Below are positions 1 to 10,928 of a stretch of 53,600 nt of DNA, in pieces. The stretch covers positions 1 through 53,600 of the forward strand of contig UYFQ01000008.1 of assembly GCA_900617105.1 (NCBI GenBank). The letters are read 5' to 3'. Source of the DNA: Hydrurus foetidus (taxonomy: Eukaryota). The notes beneath the pieces were generated by a model. That model made no database searches, was not told the origin of the DNA, and saw only the letters and a program-made list of their open reading frames with translations. Each line of letters opens with the position of its first letter. Within the stretch, counting starts at the first letter, position 1. A program made the translations under genes and the position numbers.

Positions 1-570
1 TACAGTATAAGGTAACATACCACTTCTATAACCATTATTAAAACATGACATTTTATCATCTTCTACATACAACCCCATGGCATGATCTACCATCTTCTTT
101 GACACCTTATCCGACGTCTTTGCATACAGCGTCAATTCAATATCCTCCTCTTTCGCCTTCTTCAAACGCTTCATAAGTCTCACCCAATCATCATTCTTTT
201 CCTTGGTCTTCCCTAGTAAAACATATCTCCCTTTCCTCGATAGCAAAAACTCATTCAAACGGCTCACTTCAAATCCTCCATCCGGCTGAATCCTTCTCCA
301 TACAAATCCTAGCTTGATGCCCCTCTTCTCATTCTCCAATACAATATAAGTGAACACCCTGTAAATATCCTGGGCAGAAATGCCGTGCTCAAAAATCTCT
401 TCAGACTTCAATCCCAGCGCTTTCTTCACAACCTCTCTCACATCCATAGTATTTCCCATAGTAAACCAATCCCACTGCTCTTCACTCATCATAGGCATCA
501 GTGCTGCCAACATACACAAGTTTTCACTGATTCCCCACGACTTCATTTCCGTCAATCCTCTTTTTGACAT
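1..570 (-). CDS. Hypothetical protein (>=190 aa, runs off the window edge), antisense ORF in the 3' region of an LTR element; possible papain-like fold
   Basis: Manual translation from ATG at 570 is open to position 1 (MSKRGLTEMKSWGISENLCMLAALMP...DHAMGLYVEDDKMSCFNNGY...). Absent from the ORF track, probably because it has no stop in the window. Confidence 0.6.
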   Translation of the reverse strand, partial: MSKRGLTEMKSWGISENLCMLAALMPMMSEEQWDWFTMGNTMDVREVVKKALGLKSEEIFEHGISAQDIYRVFTYIVLENEKRGIKLGFVWRRIQPDGGFEVSRLNEFLLSRKGRYVLLGKTKEKNDDWVRLMKRLKKAKEEDIELTLYAKTSDKVSKKMVDHAMGLYVEDDKMSCFNNGYRSGMLPYTV

Positions 571-1005
571 TTCTCAAATTCGGCTAAGACAATAAAAAAA
601 TCGAAGTTCGAATAAATTGTGCTGAGAGGTGGATTCTAAACCGCAATTTAAAACTACACGCAACCACAATTCAACATTTACAAAATAACTTCGACTTCAA
701 CTTCAAGTGTAACTTCAACTCACCTTTCTAACAATTTCTAACAAAAAATATACACTTCGCTCAATACAGTTTGTGATTCCGGAACAGTGGCAGAGCATTG
801 TCATCGCACCACGCGTCCCGGGGTTGAGGCCCTCTTGCGTGCACCACACATCCATGCAACATCTCTCATATTTCAGTCTTCATGTTATAATTTAGCTTTT
901 ATAGCAGTACATTTTCTTCAACGAACTCAATGAGATGTAATTAAAGACTTGTATTTCTTAATTTACTTTAAATCATAGGCTAATACTTCACCTGGAAAGG
1001 GGTGG

Positions 1006-1142
1006 TGTGATAGTCTACGCTATACATCACACACACGTATGTACAGTCACACCGCACGCTGCTTGTACCCACTAGTTTTCCGTACCAGCTTTTAGGTTTC
1101 TGTGTATTTAACAGAACTGAACGTAATAATAAACAAACTACA
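1006..1142 (+). mobile_element. Putative 3' LTR (137 bp) of an LTR retrotransposon extending left of the window
   Basis: Purine tract GGAAAGGGGTGG (~994-1005) precedes TGTGA...ACTACA (TG..CA ends, AATAAA near the end). Copia RT coding sequence resumes directly at 1143. The partner LTR is not in the window. Confidence 0.6.
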
Positions 1143-2114
1143 TTAATAATTCATGTTGATGATATGATGATAAGCTGTTGTGACGAAATACATATTGAGA
1201 AAGTAATTGATGAAATTGAAACACTATATCCTGGACTAACAAAACATAGAGGAAAAGTACTTAATTACATAGGTATGACCTATAGGTATTTAGAGACAGC
1301 TGGAAAAGTAAAGATAACAATGGATGGATTTGTAAAAGAGCTGCTTGAAGACTGCAGAGAGATTATAGGGGTGTCACTGACATCGGCTAAGCCAGATATA
1401 TTCTTCGTGAAGCCTAATGCACTTCATCCCCTGATATCCTCTTCCTCTCGTGAATACTTCCATTCTATTACAGCAAAACTACTATATTTGAGCAAGAGAT
1501 GTAGACCCGACATTCTGATATCCGTCGCCTTCCTGACCAAGCGGGTGACAAAACCCCAAAGGGACAACATGAAGAAGCTGGAACATACAATCCAGTACGT
1601 GCGTGGTTCAAAAGATTTTGCATTAACCTTGGAAGCACACGATCCCATCATCGTGACTTGCTACATTGACGCTTCATATGGAGTACATGCCGACAGGAAA
1701 AGCCATACAGGATGCGCCATCACTGTGGGAGATGGAACCATCTATGCTAAGAGTGCAACCCAGAAACTTAATACTAAATCAAGCACTGAGGCTGAGTTAG
1801 TAGGACTGAGTGACGCATCAAATCAAGCTATATGGACAAGACACTTCCTCATTGACCAAGAATATCAAGACAACCCCGCCATCTTTTACCAAGATAACAA
1901 ATCAACTATACAACTAATCAGCAACGGACAATCCAACAGCGGACGTACAAGACACGTCGATATCCGGTACTTCTACTCACACGACCGGATAAAATTAGGA
2001 GAAGTGAAAATTGAATATAAATTAACCAACGAGATGTTAGCAGTTATGCTGACTAAGCCATTACAAGGAGAGCAGTTCAGAGCTCAGAGAAATAAATTAC
2101 TCAACATCAACTGA
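1143..2114 (+). pseudogene. Ty1/copia pol C-terminal part (RT from the YVDD-equivalent motif, plus RNase H), interrupted at its 5' side
   Basis: The frame extends upstream of the ORF as LIIHVDDMM. Copia motifs follow: LLYLSKRCRPDI, YIDASYG, STEAELVG, YQDNKSTI, RTRHVDIRYF, MLTKPL. Confidence 0.92.
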
Positions 2115-2513
2115 GTATTCCCTTCTGTAATTATTCTTCTACCTACGCTTTTCCAAAATCTTACCTACTACTCTGGCCGACATCAACCCCATGTTTTTTA
2201 TGCATTGTTTTGTTTCAATCTATTTTTCCGTCTAACACCTTCTATCCTACAAAATCATCCTCCAAGACACGAACACTCAAGACGCGTATGTTCGGACCAA
2301 GACCAAGATTCGAAAACCTCAACACTTTCTATTTCTACTACAATTCTACCAACCCATTCATTATGAAAAAGTACAAGACGCCGATGACAAATCCCGGAGA
2401 CAATAAGTTAAATATTAAGATTGCATGAACCTGTTTGAATTGAATGAATTGATAAATTACCAGGAAATATAGCAACACACACACTTAATAACGTTATAAC
2501 CCTCATAGGGGTG

Positions 2514-2672
2514 TGTAGTAATATCAGTATAATAACTGTATTCTGTATTCTGAATTCTGTATTCTGTATTCTGTATTCTGTATTCTGTATTTGAATGAAT
2601 GATGATCACAATGATATACGAACCTAAGTATGCGACTCAACTTCAACATTGAACCGTCTATGATACTATACA
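2514..2672 (+). mobile_element. Putative copia 3' LTR
   Basis: PPT-like ATAGGGGTG, then TGTAGTA...TACTATACA with imperfect inverted termini. The right end is tentative. Confidence 0.5.
2534..2592. repeat. Heptamer tandem repeat (TTCTGTA)n inside the copia LTR
   Basis: About 7-8 copies visible directly. Confidence 0.85.
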
Positions 2673-3154
2673 ACTGACAACTACTGCGTTGCAACAGTGC
2701 TAATTAACCCAAACTCGTAGCCACTCGTATGACATTGTGGCCTTGCTAGGTCTCAGGGCAACGGGAGCGGAGGTCTGAGGGCGCGTGGACAAAGGGAAGA
2801 TGCTGTGGGGCTAAAGCTGTGATAGCAATGTGGTTAGCTTACAGGTAAACACAGCAGATATCATGGCAATGAATCGTGTGGATCGGATCGTCCTCGATCC
2901 GAACCGGACGTACGCCTGTACCCGTACAGCCCGTACGGGTGTTCGGGTCACAGTGCCCCTCTCTCTCTAAAGGGGTGTACTAATTAACAAAATTCATCAT
3001 CAAAATACTAACTATGAATAACTAACTAACCAATTGAATAACTATTTCAGACTAAGAACTGAAAGTTCCTTACTGAATAAACCTCCCGAAAATCCTTGAG
3101 GATCAAATTTAGGAGGAATCTTTATGATTTAGTTAATCAATTTGATTTTACCGG

Positions 3155-3355
3155 TTAACGGTAGTTCGCGATGAATTCGCGTGGTATCAAGTGTTTGAGG
3201 TTCTTTTTTATTAAGAACTCATGTACTTTTTGCGATTTACGCATGTGTTTCCATGGTTCCCATGTGTTGTGTTCATGAGTATAGTTGAGCCATTTCACAT
3301 GAAATGTGAGTGATTTGTATGCTCTTATGTTTCCTTTCATGTCTAGGATATCTAT
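3155..3355 (-). pseudogene. Gypsy-1 chromodomain remnant, out of frame after the integrase deletion
   Basis: FHVKWLNYTHEHNTWEPWKHM, homologous to Gypsy-2 FKVKWLNYDDTHNSWEPWKNL. Confidence 0.9.
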
Positions 3356-6300
3356 CTTTCATGTTTTTATCCTTTTCGAGGAACGTAAGATTTTTGTGGT
3401 CTGTTAGGATTGTGAATTTACGATCTCGCAGCAGTGCGTCGAGATAAGTACAGCAATAATATATCGCGAAGGCTTCTTTTTGTATTACTGACCATTTCAG
3501 TTGAGTCTTGGTAAGAGACTTGCTGACAAGAGCGACGAGTTGTTTTTCTCCGTCGACTTCTTGATACAAATAGCCGCCTATACCGTAATCCGACGCATCG
3601 GTCATAAGGGTTATGGGCGCTGTATCGTGTATAAAATATAATAAAGGACTCCTTGCAATTAGATCTTTTATCTTTTGAAAAGAATTTGCGGCGTCATCTG
3701 TCCAGATTAGCATTGACTGCTTTTTCGCGGCGTGATCTATCATTTTATGCAGTGGTGCCACCACGTTGGAGTGATTTGGTACATGATCCCGAAAATAATT
3801 GGTGAGTCCGAGAAACGATCTTAGTTCGGTCGTCTTTCTTGGCATAGGAAAGTCGGTCACACCTCTTATCTTTTTGGAACTCATAGTTATACCTTCTTTA
3901 GATATTTGTTTACCAACATATTCAACTATTCGCACATTTAGCTTAAGCTTTGCGGCTTTTAGTGAAATGTTTTTATCTTCGAGACGTTGAAATAGAATTT
4001 CTAATCGTTCGCAGAATTGTTCAAATCCATTACCATAAACGATGATATCGTCGAGGTATACTTCACAGATTTGGTATATTAGTCCCAGAAGGACTATCGA
4101 GGCCATCATTTCTTGGAAATATGAGGGGGCTCTTTTTGGTCCGAAAGGTAGTCGGGTAAAGTGGTAAATGCCCATAAATGTTATGAAAGCGGTATACACA
4201 CGTGTGCTTAGCGTTAACGGTGCTTGGTGATATCCTGCAGTGAGGTCTATTACACCGAATGTGTCTGCTTTTTGTGAACCTAATCTTGCTAACATTTGTT
4301 TAATATTAGGGATTGGCCAACTTGCTGATTCCGTTGCGTCGTTGAGGTGACGATAGTCAATACAGAATCGGTATGAACCGTCTGGCTTTGCCGCAAGTGT
4401 TACTTGCGAATAGTATGATGCCTCTGATTTGACTATTATACCCTGTTCAAGCATACTGTCAACTTGTTTGCGGATTTCGACCTGTTTTCGTATAGACGTT
4501 GGTCTGGGTGCCACGCGGTTTTTGAAAACTTTCCACTCTGGATCCCGTACGGGTAGTCCAAAGGGAGGAATTCGCGCGGGCTCTGGTCCTAGTTTGTTGT
4601 TGAATAGCTTTATGTGTTTAACACAAATTGCTTTAATTTTTGCTTGTTGTTCAGGGGTACCATCGATTTGTATTAAATCGATGAGGTACATTTTGTCCTC
4701 TGTTGGATTGTCTTGGAAAGGAGCGAAGGTATCCTTCGACTTGTAGTCAATCTCTTCGGGTCCGAAGGGTTGAACCTCTGGGAGTTCTTCACGCTCCCGG
4801 AGTAGAGCAGCAACTAAACCACGTGTTTGGGCTGGTGCCTTGGATGAGGGAGTAGGAGTAGCTAATTCCGGACTCCTGTCGGTTGTTACACCTAAATCAT
4901 TTTGTCGGGGAGGTGACAACAAAACTGCTGCCTCGACCGTAGAGTGCAAAATGAACTCATCAGAATCTAGCCTAGCCGCTGCCGCAGCTAAGCTAGTGGG
5001 ACACCCACATGAAGGAGTGCATGTCTTGCTTGTACAAGCACCTCGAGCCACCAGGTCGTCTTGCCATCGACTGTCTGCGTCTGAGGGTTTTGTCCCCTCC
5101 AGGCTAGTTATAACCGGAGGTATGGTTGGATCTGTAATGCTCGTGACTGTGTCCGACTCTGCTTCTAGCAGGAGTGGAACGTCCACTTGGTTTATCACCA
5201 TGTTTGTGGACTGGTCGAGTCTTTGCATTTTTGACATGTGTGTCATTGTTTTATCTGTTACTATATTTTCCGGATTTTGGAAGAATTCCGGAATAAGTTT
5301 GACTAAATTTAATGTTTTAATAGTCTGTAATCCTAAGATTAAGTCGACTTTTGAATCTTCTGCAATTCGCACCGGAAGAGAAAAAGTGTGTTGAAAAGAG
5401 TTCTTTTTAAATGATACAATAATATCAAGCACACGTGTTGATTCAATACATTGGTTGTTTAAACCCGAGCACATCCATAAGGGAGTGTCTGTTGGGCGCA
5501 GGTGGGGTTCGCCCCGTAGGTCCCGGAGGACTCTACGGTTGATTACGTCCCCGACCTGGCATCCGGTGTCGATTTGGGCGAGTGCGTCGATTCCCTCACT
5601 TTGGAGCGTACTTTGAGGACGACGAGGATGAGGAGGAGCTGGCATTGGAGTCTCGGTCGCGGTTGGAGAAATCTCTGTCGCGGTTGGAGACGTCTTTCTC
5701 TTTTTCCGTGTTGCGCGAGTCGTCTTTGCGGCTAGAGTCGCGGTCGCGACTGTCGGAGTGACTGTCGTTGCGATGGTTGGGCCGGAAGTTTGCGATCGGG
5801 TCTGTGGAAGAGATATGTGTACTTGTAAGTAATCCTCTATATTTTCAGGCAGTACTGCGGAAAGTAACATTTGCATGGTGGGTGTACTGCGACTTTCGTC
5901 GAGTTTTTGTACATGCGTAGCTGTAAGGTGTAACTTACTTTTGCCTTTGTAGTTTGAGCTCGCGTGGGAACCACTTGGCTTGTTGCCACGCTCGCTGTTG
6001 CGATCGTCTGACTGACGATCGTTGTTGCGGTTGTTGGACTTATTGTTGTTGTTCTTGTTATTGTTGTTGTTTGGGCGGCGTGGGTCTTGGGTCTTAGGTG
6101 GTCCCATGTCCATCTCAACCTCGTCGACTGGGTAGACGTACGTCGACGCACCTGGGTAGTTGGTGAGGTGGGTTTTCTCGTTGTTGACGTAGATGTCGGG
6201 TTTAAAGTGGGAATGCCCGATGCGTTTGAAATCCTGCCCAATGGAAGAAGCGTTCCATGTGGCGTGGGAGTTGTTGCAGTGCGGGTTCATAAAGAGCGGA

Positions 6301-8054
6301 CAATTGTACCGATTATGAGTTGTCATTCCGCACGTGTGACATACGTCTGTTGTTCGGCTAATGCCTTCGTTGTCGGGACGACGTTTGGGAATGGTCTTGT
6401 ATGATGCGGATGGGCCAGTGGACGCGGATGTGGACAGTTGGGTGTCGGGATCTTCTTCAGGGGTAAGCTTGGTGGTGAAGGTATAGCTTAGTCCCCCCAT
6501 CTTGTCAGCGTCCGTAACTGTCTCGCGTGACGCTTGGAGACAGATGACAAGACGGGCGAGCATTTCCCTGATGTTGTCCTTTTTCCTTTCTTTGGCTGCC
6601 ACTTTGGTCAAGTCCATGAAATTTTCAGTGAACTTGTTGCCTGGTGGGAGCTTTTTGTAGAATATCTTGCAGATATCGTCCTGGCGATCACTATCGATGT
6701 TGTCATACTTGTTGTAGAACCCCAGGATAATGTCGCGGAACGCGGCGATGGAAGTGTGTTCCAGTGCACCGTTCAGCCAACTGAATTTGAACTGAAATCT
6801 CCTCAGTTTGAGGTCGAAGTCGTATGTGGATTGCGTACGTCTGTTAATGAAGTAGATTGTTTTAAGATCTTCTGCCATTTCTTTCAGAGTGAGCTCACCA
6901 TCCGGTAATTCCGGCCACGCCATACATTGCGCGGGGGTGTACCCGACGAGCTTCGTGTTTTGCAAGAGTCCATCACGAATGGTGTCGAGTGCCTCATCCT
7001 CTATCAGCGACTGCCAACCCGCGCTGAAACCAGGTCGGTGTGCCTGTTGGTAGAACAGGCGGGCGGACCCGTCCATGTCCTTCAACAGTACGTCCCTACC
7101 CATGTAGAACGCCTCCTTCATGTTAAAAAGGGAGGTCGTCATGTTTTGGTGACGCGGGATTTGGTTGCGTTGGGGTTGTTCGATGCCCGCATCTTCTGTT
7201 TTGCGTTTGCGTATAGGGTTCTCCACGGCCTTCGGTTTCGAAGCCGGGACCTTTTTCGCTGGTGCTTTAGCAGTGCGTTTGGCAGGTTTGGCCGTGCTGT
7301 TTGAGGGTGGTTGTTCTGGTGTGGGTTTGACTACTCGGGGGGAGCGTCTTTTCGCAGGTGGTTTGGCCTCTGCGGGCTTGTGGGTGTCGAGTTTGGCTGT
7401 GAACGGATCTTCGGAGTCGGACGGGACTTGACTGCCTTCATCCGATGAGAGTTCGATGTAGTTTTCATCGTCCTCGTCCTCGTCTTCCTCACCGGTTTCA
7501 TCCTCCCCGTCCTCCTTGTCTGATTCAGGGTGGGAGTCCGATGTCACTTTGCCGTCGGCTGTTTGATCGTCCTTATTGCCATCTCCCTCCTCGTCATTCT
7601 GTTGGGTCGGATTGCCACCTTGGTTTTCCTCCTTGTCGATGTTGTCGAGGTTGTCTGGTGATAAGGTGGCGGGTTCACTATGTGAAACGACCTCGCCCAT
7701 GATCGACATGAATTCGGAAAGACTTTGATCATCGTCTGCTTTTTCCTTTTCTTCTGTCTCGCCCTCCAATATGGAGAGACGTTTGCGCTCTGCCATGCGC
7801 GTGTTATGCCTCTCGGCTTGTTTTGCCTTGTGGGCTTTTTGTTCGTCTTCGATGCGGCTTTCAGTGTCTGTAGCCTTGATGGCTTTTTGACTGAGCGCCG
7901 CCGTCGAAGCGACGATATTTGCCTCGCGCCGCTTGGCGATTGCTTTGAGGCGTTCCTTTTCCCATTTGAGGGTTAAGCGTTCATCTTCTAGGAGCGAAGA
8001 GCTGAAGATGATTGGGTTAGAGCTCTGTCTCTTGTCTTTTTGGCTCTTTGTCAT
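3273..8054 (-). CDS. Gypsy-1 Gag-Pol single ORF (Gag, zinc knuckle, protease, RT, RNase H), truncated before integrase
   Basis: CHTCGMTTHNRYNC knuckle, IDTG protease, RFCIDYR/LPFG/YLDD RT motifs, TDASDYGIGG and TDHKNL RNase H motifs. Confidence 0.95.
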   Translation of the reverse strand: MTKSQKDKRQSSNPIIFSSSLLEDERLTLKWEKERLKAIAKRREANIVASTAALSQKAIKATDTESRIEDEQKAHKAKQAERHNTRMAERKRLSILEGETEEKEKADDDQSLSEFMSIMGEVVSHSEPATLSPDNLDNIDKEENQGGNPTQQNDEEGDGNKDDQTADGKVTSDSHPESDKEDGEDETGEEDEDEDDENYIELSSDEGSQVPSDSEDPFTAKLDTHKPAEAKPPAKRRSPRVVKPTPEQPPSNSTAKPAKRTAKAPAKKVPASKPKAVENPIRKRKTEDAGIEQPQRNQIPRHQNMTTSLFNMKEAFYMGRDVLLKDMDGSARLFYQQAHRPGFSAGWQSLIEDEALDTIRDGLLQNTKLVGYTPAQCMAWPELPDGELTLKEMAEDLKTIYFINRRTQSTYDFDLKLRRFQFKFSWLNGALEHTSIAAFRDIILGFYNKYDNIDSDRQDDICKIFYKKLPPGNKFTENFMDLTKVAAKERKKDNIREMLARLVICLQASRETVTDADKMGGLSYTFTTKLTPEEDPDTQLSTSASTGPSASYKTIPKRRPDNEGISRTTDVCHTCGMTTHNRYNCPLFMNPHCNNSHATWNASSIGQDFKRIGHSHFKPDIYVNNEKTHLTNYPGASTYVYPVDEVEMDMGPPKTQDPRRPNNNNNKNNNNKSNNRNNDRQSDDRNSERGNKPSGSHASSNYKGKSKLHLTATHVQKLDESRSTPTMQMLLSAVLPENIEDYLQVHISLPQTRSQTSGPTIATTVTPTVATATLAAKTTRATRKKRKTSPTATEISPTATETPMPAPPHPRRPQSTLQSEGIDALAQIDTGCQVGDVINRRVLRDLRGEPHLRPTDTPLWMCSGLNNQCIESTRVLDIIVSFKKNSFQHTFSLPVRIAEDSKVDLILGLQTIKTLNLVKLIPEFFQNPENIVTDKTMTHMSKMQRLDQSTNMVINQVDVPLLLEAESDTVTSITDPTIPPVITSLEGTKPSDADSRWQDDLVARGACTSKTCTPSCGCPTSLAAAAARLDSDEFILHSTVEAAVLLSPPRQNDLGVTTDRSPELATPTPSSKAPAQTRGLVAALLREREELPEVQPFGPEEIDYKSKDTFAPFQDNPTEDKMYLIDLIQIDGTPEQQAKIKAICVKHIKLFNNKLGPEPARIPPFGLPVRDPEWKVFKNRVAPRPTSIRKQVEIRKQVDSMLEQGIIVKSEASYYSQVTLAAKPDGSYRFCIDYRHLNDATESASWPIPNIKQMLARLGSQKADTFGVIDLTAGYHQAPLTLSTRVYTAFITFMGIYHFTRLPFGPKRAPSYFQEMMASIVLLGLIYQICEVYLDDIIVYGNGFEQFCERLEILFQRLEDKNISLKAAKLKLNVRIVEYVGKQISKEGITMSSKKIRGVTDFPMPRKTTELRSFLGLTNYFRDHVPNHSNVVAPLHKMIDHAAKKQSMLIWTDDAANSFQKIKDLIARSPLLYFIHDTAPITLMTDASDYGIGGYLYQEVDGEKQLVALVSKSLTKTQLKWSVIQKEAFAIYYCCTYLDALLRDRKFTILTDHKNLTFLEKDKNMKDRYPRHERKHKSIQITHISCEMAQLYS

Positions 8055-8872
8055 CGTGAATTTGGGTCGGGGCTTATTTGGATGGAACTGAGCGTCTTCG
8101 ACAGCGACGGAACTCGGACGCGGTGATTTAGGGAAATGAGGAGTAGGTTCGTCGAGGATGGAGACTGGTAGGTTAGGGGTGTGGCAGTAGAAGTCAGGGG
8201 GATTGGGTTACTTTCGTGCGATTTCGGGAGGAAATCGCGTCGGACGTTGGGGGCGTTGGACGGCTTCGTGGGCAACGAAGTTGGGCGTGCTCGTTGGAGC
8301 TTTCGTTTTAGAAACGATTTGTTTGGTTTCACTTGCTTGCAAGTTACTCTCTTTCGTCGGCCTTCGTTTTCTGAAGAGCTCGAGGAGATGTCGTTAAAAG
8401 TCGTCGGAACGAACTTCTAAACGAGGGCGTTCTGGAGGCTGTCGATTTAACAGAGCCTTTGTAGTGTCGTTAGACGTTGTTTTCACTTAAAAAAGTTACT
8501 CGCTTTTGTTTGGCACGACTGTTTGACGGTCGCGGCAAGATTTTTCTGTTGATTTTGGAAACTGGTCTCTGAAGGAGATCCTAGTTGGTTCCAAATACCG
8601 GTATTGTGGCCTTGCTAGGTCTCAGGGCAACGGGAGCGGAGGTCTGAGGGCGCGTGGACAAAGGGAAGATGCTGTGGGGCTAAAGCTGTGATAGCAATGT
8701 GGTTAGCTTACAGGTAAACACAGCAGATATCATGGCAATGAATCGTGTGGATCGGATCGTCCTCGATCCGAACCGGACGTACGCCTGTACCCGTACAGCC
8801 CGTACGGGTGTTCGGGTCACAACATCTCTTTCGTCAGAGAAGCGAACAAACCTTACCTGCGAGTGCAGTGGG

Positions 8873-9175
8873 TATTGTAGTTTGCATATTAATGTGCAGC
8901 CACCCCACCCTGCACTTGAACTCGAAACGGGAATTTACATCGTTTCTGATTATGGAACGTCGATTCTAGGCCGAAAATACCGAGATTTCGAGGATTGTTC
9001 TTCTGTTGAGGGGTAAAAAACTGCAGCCCTATATAAAAGCTGCATTCGGTAAAATGCAGCCCTGTATAGGGTAGAGGGGAAAATAAAAAAAGCCTATGGG
9101 CGAACGCAGGTAAAAAAGGCTTCAAGTACATGTCCAGGGTGGGGTGCTGCTGCAAGTTAATATGCAAAGCACAAT
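8873..9175. mobile_element. MITE-like element with ~50-bp imperfect inverted termini
   Basis: TATTGTAGTTTGCATATTAATGTGCAGCCACCCCACCCTG matches the reverse complement of ~9121-9175. The Harbinger element inserted at its right tip. Confidence 0.6.
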
Positions 9176-9468
9176 AGAGTGTTTGCGTTTTCGACTTTGA
9201 AACTTTTTACTTAAGAAATCACTCGATTCTGGACTCGATTCTTCATTTGCAGTTTTGAAATTCGAGTCGAAAGTCGGTTTTTGGACTATCGACTCGACAA
9301 TCGTTTTGAACTTTTTACTCGAAATCAAGACTAAATTGAACCCGGATTTGAGTCAAACTTCGCATGAAAATGAAAATTTGCATGAAGATGAAGATGATGT
9401 CTCAGTTATCTCATCCAATTGCAGCTATATAGTAGATACAACCAAGCACAGTTACAACGACTACGACG

Positions 9469-10752
9469 ATGGTCAATGGGAGACCGAATAGACGCAATCT
9501 GGCAATTAGACGCCGATGGCAAGAAAGAAATGCTCAGGATCGTATGAACCTGTCATATCTGAATAAAGTATGCAGATTTTTCCTGTTGACGGCGATCATG
9601 CTGCCTGCTGGAGAGATGCAGCGAGCGATGAGAGCAATATCATACATTGTTTTCATCAAAATTCTGTCGATTGACGAATGGAATAACCTACCAGCCGACA
9701 GAGTAAAGGCGACAGACGTTAAAATCGACAACTGCAGCGAAGAATCATGTTATGCACAGTTTCGCTTCCTGAAACGTGACTTGCGTCCTCTATTCATAGC
9801 GCCACGATTTCCTGCGCAGATTCTACGGGATAATAAGTCGGTTGTTCCTGGTGAAAAGGCCTTCCTCATGATGCTTCATCGAATGGCGTATCCGCGTAGA
9901 CTTATCATGGAGGAATTTTTTGGCTGAGAATGCTCAACGATTTCTCGTTGTTTCAGCCACGTCGTTGATTTCACGGACGAGCAACGTATTCATCTCCTAG
10001 TCGGTAATTTGGAGTTTTTCCTTCCTCGATTCCCTGAATATAATCGAGTAATCATTGCGCGCATTGCACAGTCGAACGATGATCTAGTTCCAGATCGGGA
10101 GTCCATGACAGCATTTTTTATCGACAGGACTAAGAGAGAAATTTGCCGACCGCTAGGTAACGACAATATGCAAAGAGCTGTCAATGATGGCCAGCTTAAA
10201 GAGCACAATCTCGGATTTCAAGGTACGTTGTGTTCTAAGCTTGCCATCGCAATAACAATTATAGATTGACATCAATTAGCTCTAATTATTGTGATAGGAT
10301 TGTCTGCGCCCGATGGACTTATTATGGATTTATTCGAACCATTTGCTGGTCGCCATCATGAAATGAGAATGGTTAGGGAGAGCGATATCATGCAGCTAGG
10401 TAATGAAAATCAATACTGCATGTATGCAGACAAAGGGTATGCTGACATGTCTCATTTGGTAGCTGCATACCATGGAGCAAATCTCACCCAACCACAGATA
10501 CAAATTAATAGTGTTCTAACGTTAGTAAGAGTGTCTGTCGAATGGTGTTTTGGAAAAATTAGTGAAAATAAAATGTACGTAAATTTCCCGCGTTACCAGC
10601 AATTGCAGCTGCAACCTGTTGGAAAATACTATCGATTAGCTGTTCTCTTGATGAATGCGAATACTTGCTTGTATGGTAGTCAGACAAGCATAAATTTCAA
10701 TCTAAAAGCTCCATCTCTTGGAGATAACTTTGACTGCGCGGACGACATTTAA
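9469..10752 (+). pseudogene. Harbinger-type DDE transposase (HARBI1/DDE_Tnp_4-like), disrupted
   Basis: Motifs FRF..DL, LHRMAYPRR, FIDRT..ICRP, PDGLI..FAGRHHE, YADKGY, RVSVEWCFG. In-frame TGA at 9925-9927; probable intron ~10224-10298. Confidence 0.88.
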
Positions 10753-10928
10753 GTGTAATATTTCCTAAGACAATATCGATCGATGAAAGCTTCTTCAGAT
10801 CGTCCTTGCCAATCTATCAGATTAGCATTCAAAAATGCTTGCTAAGAAATTACTGTGATATCGAAAACATCACTATAGTATGCTATAATTATCGTCGATA
10901 CTATTAGCTTGGCGGTATAAATAAAGTA

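Larger units (their letters stand above)
2736..8821 (-). mobile_element. Ty3/gypsy chromovirus-like LTR retrotransposon 'Gypsy-1', integrase deleted
   Basis: 217-bp LTRs at 2736-2952 and 8605-8821, identical by eye, with TG..CA ends. 4-bp TSD ACAT at 2732-2735 and 8822-8825. PPT AGAGAGAGAGGGGCAC next to the left LTR. Confidence 0.97.

Noticed and set aside
3799..7976. Many plus-strand ORFs overlapping Gypsy-1 (likewise over Gypsy-2, DUSP and WAPL)
   Set aside because: They are antisense shadows of long real ORFs or low-complexity sequence, with no recognisable motifs.
8577..8593. TGGAACCAAC as a conventional tRNA PBS for Gypsy-1
   Set aside because: It starts 11 nt from the LTR and has no counterpart in Gypsy-2 or Gypsy-3.
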